Made by a program: the position numbers and the translations under genes
Shown: one piece after another, positions 1-13,353 of the stretch
How the letters are laid out: the number at the start of each line of letters is the position of its first letter
Position numbering within the stretch: position 1 is the first letter of the stretch
The notes under the pieces: generated by a model
What the model was told of the DNA's origin: nothing
Databases searched by the model: none
What the model saw: only the letters and a program-made list of their open reading frames with translations
Source of the DNA: Octopus vulgaris
Taxonomy: Eukaryota
Assembly: GCA_951406725.2 (NCBI GenBank)
Contig: OX597835.1
Location: 620,001 to 684,000 of the forward strand
Reading direction: 5' to 3'
DNA: 64,000 nucleotides

Positions 1-312
1 TTGACTGATTAGACAGTATCAAATATTGACAGTTCTGGTGCCATACCACTTTCAAGTAAGAGAAAAACCATAGTCTCAAGAATAACATTAAAAAAAAATA
101 TCTTAATTGTAGGTCAGATGTTACAACTCTATATTTATAGATATTTAATATGGCCAAATATCATCTGGTTCTTTGACAAGCTGTGATGTCTCTTAATACT
201 AATTAACTAATCCTTTTTATTTTTTTAACAAGCTTTTATTATTTCATTTGCTGCAACAAAATCAATGAGATATTAATTTTATGACACATACTATATCTTT
301 TTATCATTCCAG

Positions 313-497
313 AATACTTTGTATTATGATACGTATTGGGTGGGCCAACATGTCTGCTTGGCTTGGTTGTGTGCATTTCTTCTGCTTATTGTCCATTTCC
401 TTCCTCCGCAATACCTTGATCTCCTACACAAATGTGCCCTCCATTTGGGACGTTGGCAAAAAGTTGAAGGACGTCATGCCCATGTACCATACAACCC
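313..497 (+). CDS. TMEM39A: TMEM39 family transmembrane protein, internal coding exon (gene starts upstream of the window)
   Basis: Acceptor ttccag at 312 and GT donor at 498. Encodes NTLYYDTYWVGQHVCLAWLCAFLLLIVHFLPPQYLDLLHKCALHLGRWQKVE, resembling TMEM39 'YYD..W..EHL..VW...LLP..YCDLLHKSAAHLGKWQK'. Phase 2 joins the next exon. Confidence 0.9.
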
Positions 498-1353
498 GTA
501 CGTATATTTAAATAAAATCTCAATTGATAAGCACCAAACAGTTTCAGGGAAAATTTAATAGTAAAAGAAATTAAGCTGAAAAAAGGAGGGAAAGAAAAAG
601 CTGCAAAAAGTAATATAATTTGATTCAAGATGCTGATGATGATGTGTGGTTAAGAAGTTTGGTTCCCAACTACATGGCTTTAGGTTTATCCTCATTGTGT
701 GACACTGGAGGCAAATACCTTCTACCGTAGCCAAGGGACTACTAAAGCCTTGTGAGTGGATTTGGTAGATGGAAACTAATATCCATTGCATATATGTTTG
801 TTTACATGTGTGTGTGTATATATAAAGCTATCAATAATAGTATGTAAATGCTCGGTGTAAATGTATGTATGATGAGTTCAGGTGAAAAGGAAACAAAAGA
901 AAACCTCAGAAAATGATTGCAATAAAAATGTTCAGTTTTATCATAAACCAGAAAAGAGGTAAAAAATAAATGCATATAATCATCATCATCATCACCACCA
1001 TTAACATCTGTTCTCCATGCTTTGGTTGGAGATGGTTCAACAGGATCTGACAAGACAGAGGGTTCTGTTAGGCTCCACTGTCTGTTTTGATAGGGTTTCC
1101 TAAAACCAGCCAATTTAAAGAGTATAATGAGTACTTTTTTCATGGCACCAACAGTGGTAGAGGTTGCTTCTTCTCAAAACTTGCAAGACTAAAGAGTCTA
1201 AAGGGGTTCCAAGAGGCTCCTTTAAAATAGGAAAGAGAGAGAGGGGGGGTGATGATTGAATATATTGAAAAATTAAGTTTAAAGTAATTATATTTTTGTT
1301 GTCTTATGAAATGTTAGTTTTATTTTTTGTTTTTTTTATATTTTTTCCCCCAG

Positions 1354-1474
1354 TTGGTCTGAATTGCAAGTGTGGCCTCCTGGGGTATTAGTTAAACATG
1401 TCAGAGGTTTGTTCCGAGCTGAAGGAATTAATATTACTGCTGAACCTGGTAATAGTATGCACAGTCGGTTTTAT
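1354..1474 (+). CDS. TMEM39A: TMEM39 penultimate coding exon
   Basis: Polypyrimidine tract plus cag acceptor, gtaagt donor. Encodes WSELQVWPPGVLVKHVRGLFRAEGINITAEPGNSMHSRFY, resembling TMEM39 'WPQGVLVRH...SHARFY'. Confidence 0.9.
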
Positions 1475-2555
1475 GTAAGTAGTCATTGTATTCTACACAT
1501 TTACCCTTTTTATGTATGTATAAACTGTTTTGCTAATGTATAACTACAGAGTATAGAGATGGTATAACTATAGAGCATACAGATGGTTGATTCAGCAAGC
1601 ACTGGGCTCACTAGCTGATAGGTTAGTGGCTCACGTCTCGTCACCTGCCCTACTTTTAGTTCAGTGTACAGGTAGGAACACTGATTGATTTGAACAGTGG
1701 TAGCCAGGTAATATTGGTTTCAAATTTTGGCACAAGGCCAGCAGTTTTGGCACAGGGGGTAAGTTGATTACATCGACCCCAGTGTTCAGCTGGTGCTTAT
1801 TTTATCAACCCCTGAAAAGATGGAAGGCAGTCGATTCTGGCAAAATTTGAACTGAGAATGTAAAGAGAGGCAAAATACTTCTAAGCATTTTTGTCTAGCA
1901 TGGTAATGATTCTGCCAGCTTGCTGCCTTGTAACCAGGTAATATTAACTAGTGTTAGGTTTGTATGGATGTGGCTAAAACCCATGTGCCAAGTAGGTCTC
2001 TAATTAGCCACTTCATAATCTAAAAATGTAAATCAAAATTTCTGTTGACAAGGTGTCTTAGCATCACTCAGTAAGACTGTTGTCAGCTGCTCACCAACCT
2101 AAATATTCTATCTATTTCTGTTCAGATTGACTGGGTTGGCTTCCCACACCTACCCTATTATAGCATTCTAAACTTAAATAAACACATCATCAAAATCTTG
2201 AAGTTACAAGATATTTCAAAACAATGTGAATGAATAAGCATTACATTTGACAGAGCAATCTGAAGGAGCTAAAGGGTTAAAGCTACACGCACATCCACAC
2301 TTAGTTTACATCTGACGTCTGGACCCCCATCTTGTTCAGGATATTGATCTAATATTATATGTCCAATCATATAGAGTGGAACACAATCAACGGCTTCAGT
2401 TGCTAATGTTAACTCACAAAAAACAGTATATATACATATATATACAAAAACACTTAGCATATTATATTATATTGATCATTTAACTGTATAATTGGTTCAC
2501 ATCAGTCTAGAAAAAATAAACTTATGTCTTTCTTTCCTGTTCTTTCATTTTTCAG

Positions 2556-2786
2556 TTTCTTTTCCACTGGCCGTTAAGAATTACCAATTATTTGCTGTTT
2601 CTGTCTTTCACTTTGGTGATTTACCAATTTGTACGGCTCCTCCTCTGTACAGAATGGAACCACATTGTATCACTAGCATTGATGCTTTTCTGCTGCGATT
2701 ATACGTTATTCAAACTCTTCCGCGACCGAGTCATATTGACTAGCACATATAAAGATGAGGAAGAGAAGGGCGATAATTCTCACTAA
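2556..2786 (+). CDS. TMEM39A: TMEM39 last coding exon
   Basis: ttttcag acceptor, phase 0. Encodes FLFHWPLRITNYLL...EWNHIVSLALMLFCCDYTLFKLFRDRVIL...*, resembling the TMEM39 C-terminus 'FLFHRPLR...[28 protein letters not shown]'. AATAAA motifs follow near 3123 and 3204. Confidence 0.9.
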   Translation, partial: FLFHWPLRITNYLLFLSFTLVIYQFVRLLLCTEWNHIVSLALMLFCCDYTLFKLFRDRVILTSTYKDEEEKGDNSH

Positions 2787-3995
2787 TCAACCCACAATTT
2801 GAAAGTGATCTAATCTGAAATCTACAAAGTCCACTTGAAACATTGGCCAGTCATAAAGAAAATCCTTCTCTGTCTCAGTTTTCTTTTTCCCTCCTGGTCA
2901 TGAAAAAAGCTGTTTGAGGAAGAAAATAATTCCAGCAGCTGAATTGATTACCAATTTTTTTTCTTTCTTTTCAAACTTTAAAATATCTCTTTCCAAGAGA
3001 ATTCAATCCAGTTTCAAACAAAAGGTTTTGAAAGAGCTTCTGAGGAAATCAATACTTTTAACCTTTTAACAGATTGTTGTGAAATGTGAAACAGTATCTT
3101 TTCCTTTCTTCCTGCTCTGCTAAATAAAAGAAAAACCTAAATAATATGTGATATAGGGACCAAAAATATTTATATTTTTTAATACTTCTTTTATGAAGAA
3201 ATCAATAAAAGCATTCAGTCAACAAGTTTGTTTTTCTTTTCCTCCTTTTTGATTTTTGCTTTGTCTTCAGTATTCTACCTCATCGTCATCATATCTGCTT
3301 TTTCCATGGAGGTATGCATTAAAGGAAATTTCTGGAAGCAAATGTTAACAGGCAGGTGCCTTCCTGTCATCAACCCTTACCTATTTTCACTTGTCTTCAC
3401 AAAAAAAGAAATTCTTTGAATTACCACACCCCTCCCCCTTGGACAATATAGTCCAGAAGAATACAAAGGTTGGATGCCTTGCTTTAACTTCAGCCTTTAC
3501 CTCTTTGAGTCCTAGAGGATATTATCATAACATACAGTATATCAAACATTTTTAGATTTGGCACAGCCCGTCCCTCTCCTGGTTTGACCATTGCTGATTT
3601 CTTCCAGATGGAGAGAAGGAGATAGAAAGAAAGAATAAGAGAAAGGAAAAGAATCAGCTCTAGTACGCGACTGGTACATTTTGTCAACCCTGATAGAATG
3701 AAAGGCAAAATTGACCTCATGGCATTTGAACTCACTGCATAGAAAGCTGTAATAAATCAATTAATTCAACTGATGCTTGAACAACTCTGATTCTCAGCCA
3801 AAATTAAGCACATCAAAAAAGGTCCTCAAGAAGACCCGTTACAGTAGCTTGTACAGCAGAGTACCATGTCTTGGTGACACTCACTTGCTTCTAAAGACTG
3901 GATGGTCTTAGCCGAAATAACTTTGGTCCTAACTCAACTCAATCAGAAAAGACCAGGAACTTAACAAAATCTACTACCATTGCTACTTACTTACT

Positions 3996-4036
<41 letters not shown>

Positions 4037-4549
4037 CTCTCATAGGCCAAAAGTGATGTTGGTTTGTTTTTTTCCTGAATGTAATTTTACCAAATTACAT
4101 TCCCTTCACCATTGGTTGTTGGCTCATCCTTTCTCTTTCATGTCTTGCTTTGCACTCATCCCCAAACGTGACATCTGTTTTTCAGTGCAGCCTCCATCTA
4201 TTCTATTTCTCATATATTGTCAGACAATTGTATTTTGAAAATTGTTTAGCCCATGGTCAGCCCTGATCTAGAAAATCCATGATCAGACATTATGCTTATG
4301 TTTAATTTGTCCACCCCACCATTATAAATAGTGTGCCTAGAACTGGATAATCCAATGCATCATTTTTTTTTTTTATTGAAGGAATGTGATTTGAGGGAGA
4401 TGTAATTGTTATTTTAACAGATTGAGTAACCAAGTAGAAGCGTCTTGGCTCTTGTCAAAAATGTTACAGTGTGCTCAACAAGTATTTTAATACCATTTTG
4501 TCCTCTCCTCTACATCTCCCTACACAACCCCCCCCCCCTTGTGCTCATT

Positions 4550-4990
4550 ACCTCCACCATCTTTCATTATGTCTTCTTCTGCTTCATTCCACATTCATTT
4601 TCATCACTCCTCTCACCCAGTCATTTCCATCCTTCCTCATTTCTCTTCACAATATCCATTCACTGACTCAATTTCTATCATTCTCAAAAATTCATTAATA
4701 TATCTTTTTGCGATGCTCTTTCTGCCACTATTTCTCCTCTCCCAATAATATTCCATTCATCAATCAAACCATTCTCATTTCCTTTCTTACTCTCCTCCAT
4801 GTTCATTCCCCCATGTCTCACTTCTATGAATTTCTTCTGCATGCAACTTCACCTTTTTCAGCTGCAACACTTTCTTTCCCATTAGTACACTTCTCCATTC
4901 TAAGAACTTTCATGTATATCTCACTCTAACCATTGCCACCAAATTTATTCCAGTTTCCAATATATGTAAGCATTTACAAACTTCTTGCTC
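4550..4990 (-). mobile_element. Highly decayed RTE-like LINE RT fragment
   Basis: Minus-strand translation gives fragments such as 'KFLEWRSVLMGKK..L..VKL...RSETW', reminiscent of the RTE thumb region (LYGSETW). Many disruptions. Confidence 0.35.
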
Positions 4991-6124
4991 ACTACCTATG
5001 ATGCAAAATCTACCTTGTGGAATAGATATTTTCAGCAATATTATTATAAATTATGCTGTATCCAACTTCTTACAGTGATGAATTGCACCATTCCTTGCTA
5101 CCCATTTACTGGTAAATAGACATTACCTCATTTCTTTTCAATAAGAATTGGAGGATCAGTTCTCATGGTCTTTGCTGGCCTTACAGATCATTGTGAGTTA
5201 AATGCAGCTCAGATATAACGGTACTGTTAAGAACTTTGTTTCAAAGCTGAGGGGCTGCACCAGATTCCAATCTGATTTGGCGTGGTTTCCATGGCTGGAT
5301 GCCCTTCCTAATGCCAACCAGTATACGAGTGTAATGGATGCTTTTAGGTGCCACTGACACAGGAGTCAGTTGTGTGGCACCAGTATCTGCCACAACTGTG
5401 ATTTCACTTGGCTTGATGGGTTTTCTTCTCATGCTCAGCATATTGCCAAAGGTCTCAGTCATTTGTCATTGCCTCCATGGGGCCCAATGCTCTAAAGGTG
5501 CTTTTACATGCCACTGGTATGGGTACTAGTTATGGGACACTGGCATCGGCCACTCTGCCTCCATGAGGCCCAATGCTCGAAAGGTGCTTTTTATATGCCA
5601 CCAGCACAGGTGATAGTTACATGACACCAGCATCAGCCACAACTACGATTTCACTGAAAACAGTTGTGCTATCTTTGTGGAAATGGAGTCTCCTGGTCAC
5701 CCATCTGTGCAACCTGTCTTAGCCATCTTCCTGAGTTTTTATAGGGGATCAGAAGCCAAATTCTAGAATTTTCAAAGAAACCCTGTCCATGCCATCACTT
5801 CATGTTGATTGTTCGGTTAATAGACCAATCACATGACTTGTTTGTGATGTCAGACTGAGTATCCAGGGATTTGGTTTCAAATCACAGCTAGAGTTCTTTG
5901 AACTTTCTCCTGCCAGTTCTTATTCTAGAAACTAAATTTTCAGCACACCCCACACCATTGCTAATTAGATCACTGAGGTAATTAGAAATTATCTACTACC
6001 TCTAAGGATACTTTTGGATGTTCCAGAAAATCTGTTTCCCATGTATTCTTTGTGTTTTTTTGCACCTATGCACCTGCCATATTGCCTTTTATGTGAAAAG
6101 AAATATTCAGGAGGAGGATGGTGA

Positions 6125-6158
<34 letters not shown>

Positions 6159-7329
6159 GGTGGTGAGGAGAAGAACAAAAAGAAGAGTATAATTGATAAT
6201 ATCGACTGCTGTACATATTTTATATCAATTTGTACTTATTTTATAGTCAAAATTAATCCTGTCAGGATTTGCACTCAGAATGTGAAGCAAAGTATTATGT
6301 CTGCCACTCCCCATAGCAGTTTAAGGATGAATGGCAAAAACTTGCAAAATAGAGAAACTGCAACTTCTTAATGGTGTAGTATACAAAAAAAAAAAAAATT
6401 TAAGAAAAGGTATTAATTGCCAGTTAGTGATTATAGTGACAAGAAAATTAACAGATACATCATTTGAGACAAAAGAATAGAAATTGTATCATGAGATTAA
6501 GCAATAACAATTCAAATAAATGCAGTGGACAACTTCTAAAAAAGCTTTTATGTCTGGAGTATTTTGTCATTGTACAATGATTTACATTACTTTGCTATGA
6601 AGGTTAAAAGCCGAAAGAATTAAATATGATCTTAGCCTGTTGTGTCCCTTGTGTCTCATTGAAACATAACCCACACCTTGATTCTCATCCAAAGAGAAAC
6701 CAACACCTTGATCAATAAGCATTGATTGTCAATTAATCTTGATTACTGTCTTTATTAGCAAAATATGTTTGTAGTCAAAGTAAAGCCATTTTTTATTCAT
6801 CTGATGGAAACATTTCTTTCAAATGGTGCAATGAACACATTAAAAATATTAATTCAATCCATTGCTCAGCAAAACACCATGACCTCTGGCCTAAGAGCTG
6901 TGAGCTGAATCTATGACTCTGAACAAGTCCCACATCTGAGCAGTCTCAGCAGCCTCAGAGTCCCTGAAAGGAGTTACAGGAGATACCCTTCCTCGTCCGA
7001 GTTAACAGCCATGAAAAATCATACATTATAAAAGAAAAGTGAATTTCTGTCTGTCTGTCACAACATCTATTAACGGGACAGAAAGAAGGGGAGGGATCAA
7101 AATATCCCTAAGTATTTTTAGAAGGGGAGGAGAAAGGTTGTTGTAGAGAACAATATAGGAGAAAGAGAGAGTGTGTGTAGATAGATAGATATACAGATAG
7201 TATCGTCACTATCATAATAATTAAAAAGTTTTGATTAAAAACATGGGAATTTTAAGTACAAATCTGTCCACACAGTTTCAAAGAAAAAAATATTTTCATA
7301 ATATTGCGCCACGGAAGACGCTGCCAGCT

Positions 7330-7680
7330 GCCACCAATCAACAAAAAAGGCTGGCCAGGCAGCAAAAACCCTGCGAGAATCAAGTCTGTTGGTTCGAGGA
7401 GCACAACTGTTCAACTCCATTCCGGTACATGTCAGAAATCTATCAGGATGCAGTGTGGAATCATTCAAATTGCAACTGGATAGATACTTAAGCACCATTA
7501 GAGATGAACCCCATCTCCCAGGATATACACAACGAGCACAAACTGACTCAAACTCGCTCCTACACATGTCAAATTTAAGCAGAGAATACAACCTGGCAAC
7601 CACACCAGACTGAGGGTGGAGTCTTCGACTTGGCCTGAGCATGGACTCAAACCCAAATGAAATGAAATGAAATATAGATA
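7330..7680 (+). mobile_element. 3' end of a CR1/L2-superfamily LINE
   Basis: ORF 7389-7613, VRGAQLFNSIPVHVRNLSGCSVESFKLQLDRYLSTIRDEP..., is typical of a LINE ORF2 C-terminus. A short (ATGAA)n tail follows. Confidence 0.65.
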
Positions 7681-7889
7681 GTTATTTTTTTGGTTGTTTG
7701 TGTGTTTCTGTTTGTCTGTCAATGCAACACATACTTTAAAAAAAGACTTTCACTATAACGACAGGTTGTTGTTGTTGTTGAGAGAGAATGTGTGTGTGTG
7801 TGTGTGTAAAAGATAGATAAGAAGATTGTTGTCATCATAGTAACTAATTAGACTTTCACTATGTAACTGTCTACTATTACAAGAGGGTA

Positions 7890-8091
7890 TACTCTTTTAC
7901 TCTTTTACTTGTTTCAGTCATTTGACTGCGGCCATGCTGGAGCACCGCCTTTAGTCGAGCAAATCGACCCCGGGACTTATTCTTTGTAAGCCCAGTACTT
8001 ATTCTATCGGTCTCTTTTGCCAAACCACTAAGTTACAGGGACGTAAACACACCAGCATCGGTTGTCAAGCAATGCTAGGGGAACAAACACA

Positions 8092-8141
<50 letters not shown>

Positions 8142-8320
8142 CATACATACATATATACAACAGGCTTCTTTCAGTTTCCGTCTACCAAGTCCACTCACAA
8201 GGCATTGGTCGGCCCGAGGCTATAGCAGAAGACACTTGCCTAAGGTGCCACGTAGTGGGACTGAACCCGGAACCATGTGGTTGGTTAGCAAGCTACTTAC
8301 CACACAGCCACTCTGCGCCT
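7890..8320 (-). mobile_element. Full-length tRNA-derived SINE (family A)
   Basis: Minus-strand head ggcgcagagtggctgtgtggtaag...ggttcagtccc with A/B-box-like motifs, an internal (TG)n and an (aaagagt)n tail. Closely similar copies at 37283, 43202, 51143 and 51873. Confidence 0.85.
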
Positions 8321-8331
8321 ATAGTAAAGGA

Positions 8332-8451
8332 ATGCTTACAGCACCTAGGGTTCCCAAGCGGTCACCCATCCAAGTACTAACTAGGCTCGATGTTGCTTAA
8401 CTTTGGTGGTCGGACGAGAACCGGTGCTTTTGCAGTGTAGTGACGGATAAA
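8332..8451 (-). pseudogene. 5S rRNA-derived pseudogene
   Basis: Reverse complement contains GCACCGGTTCTCGTCCGAcCACCaAAGTTAAGCAAC...AGTACTTGGATGGGTGACCGCtTGGGAA...GTGCTGTAAGCATT, matching the 5S internal control region. The 5' end is degenerate, there is no oligo-T terminator, and it is a single copy. Confidence 0.85.
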
Positions 8452-8567
8452 GACCGACCAATAAATAGAATCTGGATGAGATCTCCCTTGGACTTTAGTT
8501 TGTCACACCACTATCTTTTTCTTACAGTCTCTCTCTCTCATACATACAAGCACACACACACACACAC

Positions 8568-8609
<42 letters not shown>

Positions 8610-9251
8610 CCTCAACTAAAGATAATTCTTTAGCATTCATATTTCTCTGCCAAATGAAATGCTTATTTATTCACATTGTTTTGAATTAATCAAGCATTTA
8701 CCTGGTAGCTTTGAGATTTTGAAGACATGTTCATTTCTTCTTTAGATGACATTGTAAGGTGTGTGTGTGTGTGTGTGTGTATGTGCGAGGCTGGATCTGG
8801 CCAGTTTGAACATAAAGCCAGCAGGATATTTGGGCCTGATTTGGCTTGGTTTAAATACTAAAGGGTTAAGAAAGTGATTTAAGTACAAACCAGTAGAAAG
8901 AGTGTCAGAAATAACTCTTCAACATTGCAATCAGTTAAAAAGAAAATTGCAGTAAAGCTACAGAGTGGTGGGTGTCAGATGTGGAATGCAGACTATCATA
9001 AAAATGGTTTTATTTTGACATGCACATTGAGTTTTTATTCTTCCTTCCATTTTAGGTCATGAATAGAGAATATTATGTATACTTCTTGTATTCAACTTTG
9101 ATTACACTGTAAAATTATTGCAGTTTTCTTCTTTCTTTTTTCTCACTATATTTTCAAAACTCTTGTCATTTGTGGCTTTGGCCTAAATACAAAATTGACA
9201 TTTCTTATCTCAGCTGTAAATACTCTCTCTCTCTATATATATATATATATA

Positions 9252-9453
9252 TCATCATCATCATCATCGTTTAACGTCCGCTTTCCATGCTAGCATGGGT
9301 TGGACGGTTCAGCTGGGGTCTGGGAAGCCCGAAGGCTGCACCAGGCCAGTCAGATGTGGCAGTGTTTCTACAGCTGGATGTCCTTCCTAACGCCAACCAG
9401 CTGTAGAAACACTGCCACATCTGACTGGCCTGGTGCAGCCTTCGGGCTTCCCA
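9252..9453. mobile_element. (GAT)n-tailed retroposon (family B) fragment with internal inversion
   Basis: Family-B tail on the minus strand switches into an inverted copy. 9321-9377 and 9397-9453 are exact reverse complements. Confidence 0.8.
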
Positions 9454-10110
9454 TGTATATATATATACATGTGTGTGTGTATGTATATATATATATATAC
9501 ATATATATACAGAGAGAGAGAAGAGGTGGTGGTGATGGTTGTAGTAGTAGCAGCAGCAGCAGTAGTATAATGCAAGGTGATTCTACAATTAAGACTAAAG
9601 ATTACCTCGCTTATAATAAGCAAATTCAGTGTTGCATCCTGGAGTCACTGAGTTGTACAGGTCTTTTCTGTTTGGCTGCCACTTTTCAATTTCTTCAATT
9701 TCTGTTCCAATCGATTTCATATTTGGTGTAATGGTATAGTTTTGTATGCTACTCATTGACATGAAATTCATTTTTGCCATATATCAATAAAGAGTTAATA
9801 GCTTTTAAAGTTTGCATATTTTGGGTAATTTTAGCTATTCGTAAGCCACAAACACATTCATACCCGTTTCCATAGTAACAAGCACATGTGTTGACAAATA
9901 TATTCTACATGAAACCATGTATAGACGATGAACTTTACGAATCTTGTAAAGAGATATCCCAGTGATTTGCTGGATGTGACTAAAGCAGTGGTCCAGAAAA
10001 TGCTAGAGGTTGCACCCCAGAGAGAAAAAGAGGAAGAGACTGCCAAAATTAGTGCAGCCTCTCCCCAAAACGTAAAAATGTAAGTTTATTTTGCTGTTTT
10101 AAATTCTTCC

Positions 10111-11636
10111 ATGGAGATTAAAGTAAGGTGTATAAATGCACGTGGCTTGGGGTCGAGATGGAAACAAATCTGTCTCCTGAACGACCTCAGGTCACTAGAT
10201 TTGGATATATGTTTGGTAACTGAGTCCAAGTTGAATGAGCCACATACATTCTCACCTCTTCTAAGTAGCTACTAGAAATTTATTTCTCCTAGTCACCAGG
10301 GAGGCGCTGGCATGGTAGTTTTATTCAGAAAAAGCTTGGATATACAGGTAAGTACAGTCTTTCTGAACCCAGAAGCTAGGCTGGTCATCCTAGATGCGAC
10401 ACATGTAAGTAAGCAGTCTTTCAGGTTGGCCAGCTGTTTACGTGACACGGAGAATTTCTTAGTAACATCTAAGACACTAGTTTTAACAGGAGACTTTAAC
10501 ACTATACTTGATGCACTGGTGGATAGTGTTGGCTCGGCAAATAGAAGGGGGAATCCTGGTCTCAAAAGGCTACTAACAAGCTTAGTAGACCATTATAGGC
10601 TGGATGAACTGCTCGTTCCACAGTGGACGTGATCTAATCTCGACAGGTCTTATCTCGATCGAATATTCATTAGAAATAGAGATAAGGATAGTGTTAGTTG
10701 TCCATGTTCCTTTCGCATCCCTTACATGGATCACAAATTTGTGATGTGTAAGGTGTACTTAGTTAAGTGCTATAGACAGGGACTAGGGTACTGGAAGCTA
10801 AACAAGTCTATTTTGACTTGTAAAGCCTTCCGTGCCAGGGTTAAGGAATTAGTTCAGAGGGCATTATGTGGCGCCATCATCAATAATAGATGGTGGTGCA
10901 CCCTCAAATGAGCCATTTGTTCAGAGTCTGTTAGATTTAGTAAACAGCTAAGTTTAGAAAAGACTAGAATAGAAGGGAAACTAGTTAAGGAATTAGAAGA
11001 GGCCATAGAATCTGGCTCTGCATCTAGAGTGACAGCAGTGAGGACGATCTTGTTCCACCACCTCAAAGCCAAACACAAATGGTGTAGAGTCAGGGCTCAG
11101 TTATGTGCAGAGGGGAGAGAGGGCATTAATGTTGCCGGATGGGCTCGTCGTGTGAAGAGTCGTAGAGGCGGCAGGGAAGCCTCTATAAAGTCTTTAATTG
11201 ATGAGTAGAGTCATACGATTGAAGGACAAGAGGAGATGTGGAAGGCTTTTCATCAGCATTTTGCCCAGTTGCTCAGGGAGAGCGATGCACCGGACAGTGG
11301 GGAGCCCCAAGGGACTTCCTCGCCGGTAGGCCGCAACTCTTGACAAGGGAAGTGAGGTGCTGTGAAGGGCCGATCACAGCTGAGGAGGTCAAAGAGGTGG
11401 TAGCTGAATACGCCGGGGCTGGATGGTCTGCCCTACGAATTTTATCAAAGTATGCCGGACTTGTTCGGACACTTGCTAGCTTGTGTCTACACAAACAGGA
11501 AGCAGATTGGGAGGATTCCCAGCTCTGTTTATTGGAGAGTGGTGATGTTGATCAGAAAAGACCCGAACAATGGGGTGATATTAGCAATTTCAGGCCCATA
11601 ACTCTACTTAATGTAGAGTTAAAGATTTTAGCTTAT
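10111..11636 (+). mobile_element. Decayed L1/Tx1-like LINE ORF2 (APE endonuclease to start of RT)
   Basis: Motifs MEIKVRCINARGL, LVTESK, GDFN, DHKFV, GYWKLNKSIL and NFRPITLLNVELKILA are spread over several frames with stops and frameshifts. Confidence 0.85.
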
Positions 11637-11760
11637 GTTTAAACACTGCTTGGCACTAAAATTTCAATATATATATTCTTTATTTGTGTATTAGGGCTTA
11701 GTACACAAATAAAGAATTTATCCACCAATGCAGTGTTGAACACTCATTCTCATTGTTTGA

Positions 11761-11794
<34 letters not shown>

Positions 11795-11918
11795 CATACA
11801 TACATACATACATAAATGAAAAATGTATAGTAAATAAACAAACAGCATAACGTATACTGAATATAGAAATGAACGGGGGACAAACAGAAGGTTCATAATT
11901 CTTCATCAGTTATCAATG

Positions 11919-12112
11919 TCACTAAAGTGACGGAGGGTACTAAGTGGTACTAGCATTGCTGGAAATAAGAGTCAAAACAACTCAATAGCCACAAACACAG
12001 TATCTTAATTACTGATAAGTAATTAAGATAGTGTATTTGTGGCTATTAAGTTGTTTTTACTCTTATTTCTAGCAATGCTGGTACCACTTAGTATCCTCTG
12101 TCACTTTAGTGA
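11919..12112. repeat. About 194 bp near-perfect palindrome (MITE-like hairpin)
   Basis: tcactaaagtgac...gtcactttagtga. Arms are about 95 bp with roughly 8 differences, centred on aattact-gata-agtaatt. Confidence 0.85.
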
Positions 12113-12202
12113 TGTCTATAAATTTGCCCTTAGGTTGTTAAATTGCTAATAAGCCACCTATAATATTTATAGTATACACACACACACACATATATATATA
12201 TA

Positions 12203-13111
12203 AATCAAATCAAATCAAAACAAATCAAAATCGATGAACATCAATGGAATTTGTATCTTTGTGGTACCAGTGCCGGTGGCACGTGGCACACAAGAAAACC
12301 ATCCGAACGTGGCCGTAGCCAGTACCGCATCGACTCGCCTCCACGCTGTGGGCACGTAACAAACACCATCCGATCGTGGCCGTTCGCCAGCCTCATCTGG
12401 CACCTGTGTCGGTGGCACATAAAAACACCATCCGAAGACCCGGCAAGACTAGTCAGGCCATAACCCGTGGCCCCTACCTGGGACGTAGTCAGTCCACCTG
12501 TGCATACCTTCCTTCTTATGACACTTGTGAAGACCTGTTGAGGCAAGTGTGTGACACTTGTGAAGACCTGTTGAGGCAAGTGAAAATCAAAAAAATCAAA
12601 AAATCAAAAAATCAAAAAATCAAAATAGATGAACATCAATGGAATTTGTATCTTTGTGGTACCAGTGCCGGTGGCACACAAGAAAACCATCCGAACGTGG
12701 CCGTAGCCAGTACCGCATCGACTGGCCTCCGTGCTGTGGGCACGTAACAAACACCATCCGATCGTGGCCGTTCGCCAGCCTCATCTGGCACTTGTGTCGG
12801 TGGCACATAAAAACACCATCCGAGCGTGGTCGTCTGCCAGCCTCGTCTGGCACCTGTGTCGGTGGCACATAAAAAACACCATCCAAGCATGGCCGTTCGC
12901 CAGCCTCATCTGGCACCTGTGTCGGTGGCACATAAAATCACCCACTACACTCTCGGAGTGGTTGGCGTTAGGAAGGGCATCCAGCTGTAGAAACACTGCC
13001 AGATCTGACTGGCCTGGTGCAGCCTTCGGGCTCCCCAGACCCCAGTTGAACCGTCCAACCCATGCTAGCATGGAAAGCGGACGTTAAATGATGATGATGA
13101 TGATGATGATG
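12203..13111 (+). mobile_element. Composite family-B retroposon with internal ~52 bp repeats
   Basis: Duplicated block (~12225-12435 and ~12620-12825), repeated accatccga.cgtggccgttcgccagcctcatctggcacctgtgtcggtggcacataaaaac modules, and a tail ggaagggcatccagctgtagaaac...(GAT)n. Confidence 0.8.
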
Positions 13112-13322
13112 ATATATATATATAAATTCAGTACAGGTATAAATACTGAAGTTTGCTTTACAAAAGCTTGTCTACAGGTATTCACCAAATTCATTCACAA
13201 GGCTTTAGTCAGACTGGGGCTATATAGAAGACACAAGCCAAAGGTACTACACAGTGGGACTGAACCCAGAACCATGTGGTTGGGAAGCAATTATCTTACC
13301 ATACACAGCCACTCCTCCGCCC

Positions 13323-13353
<31 letters not shown>

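Noticed and set aside
12215-13087. Cluster of overlapping ORFs
   Set aside because: They arise from GC-richer internal repeats of a retroposon and show no protein motif.
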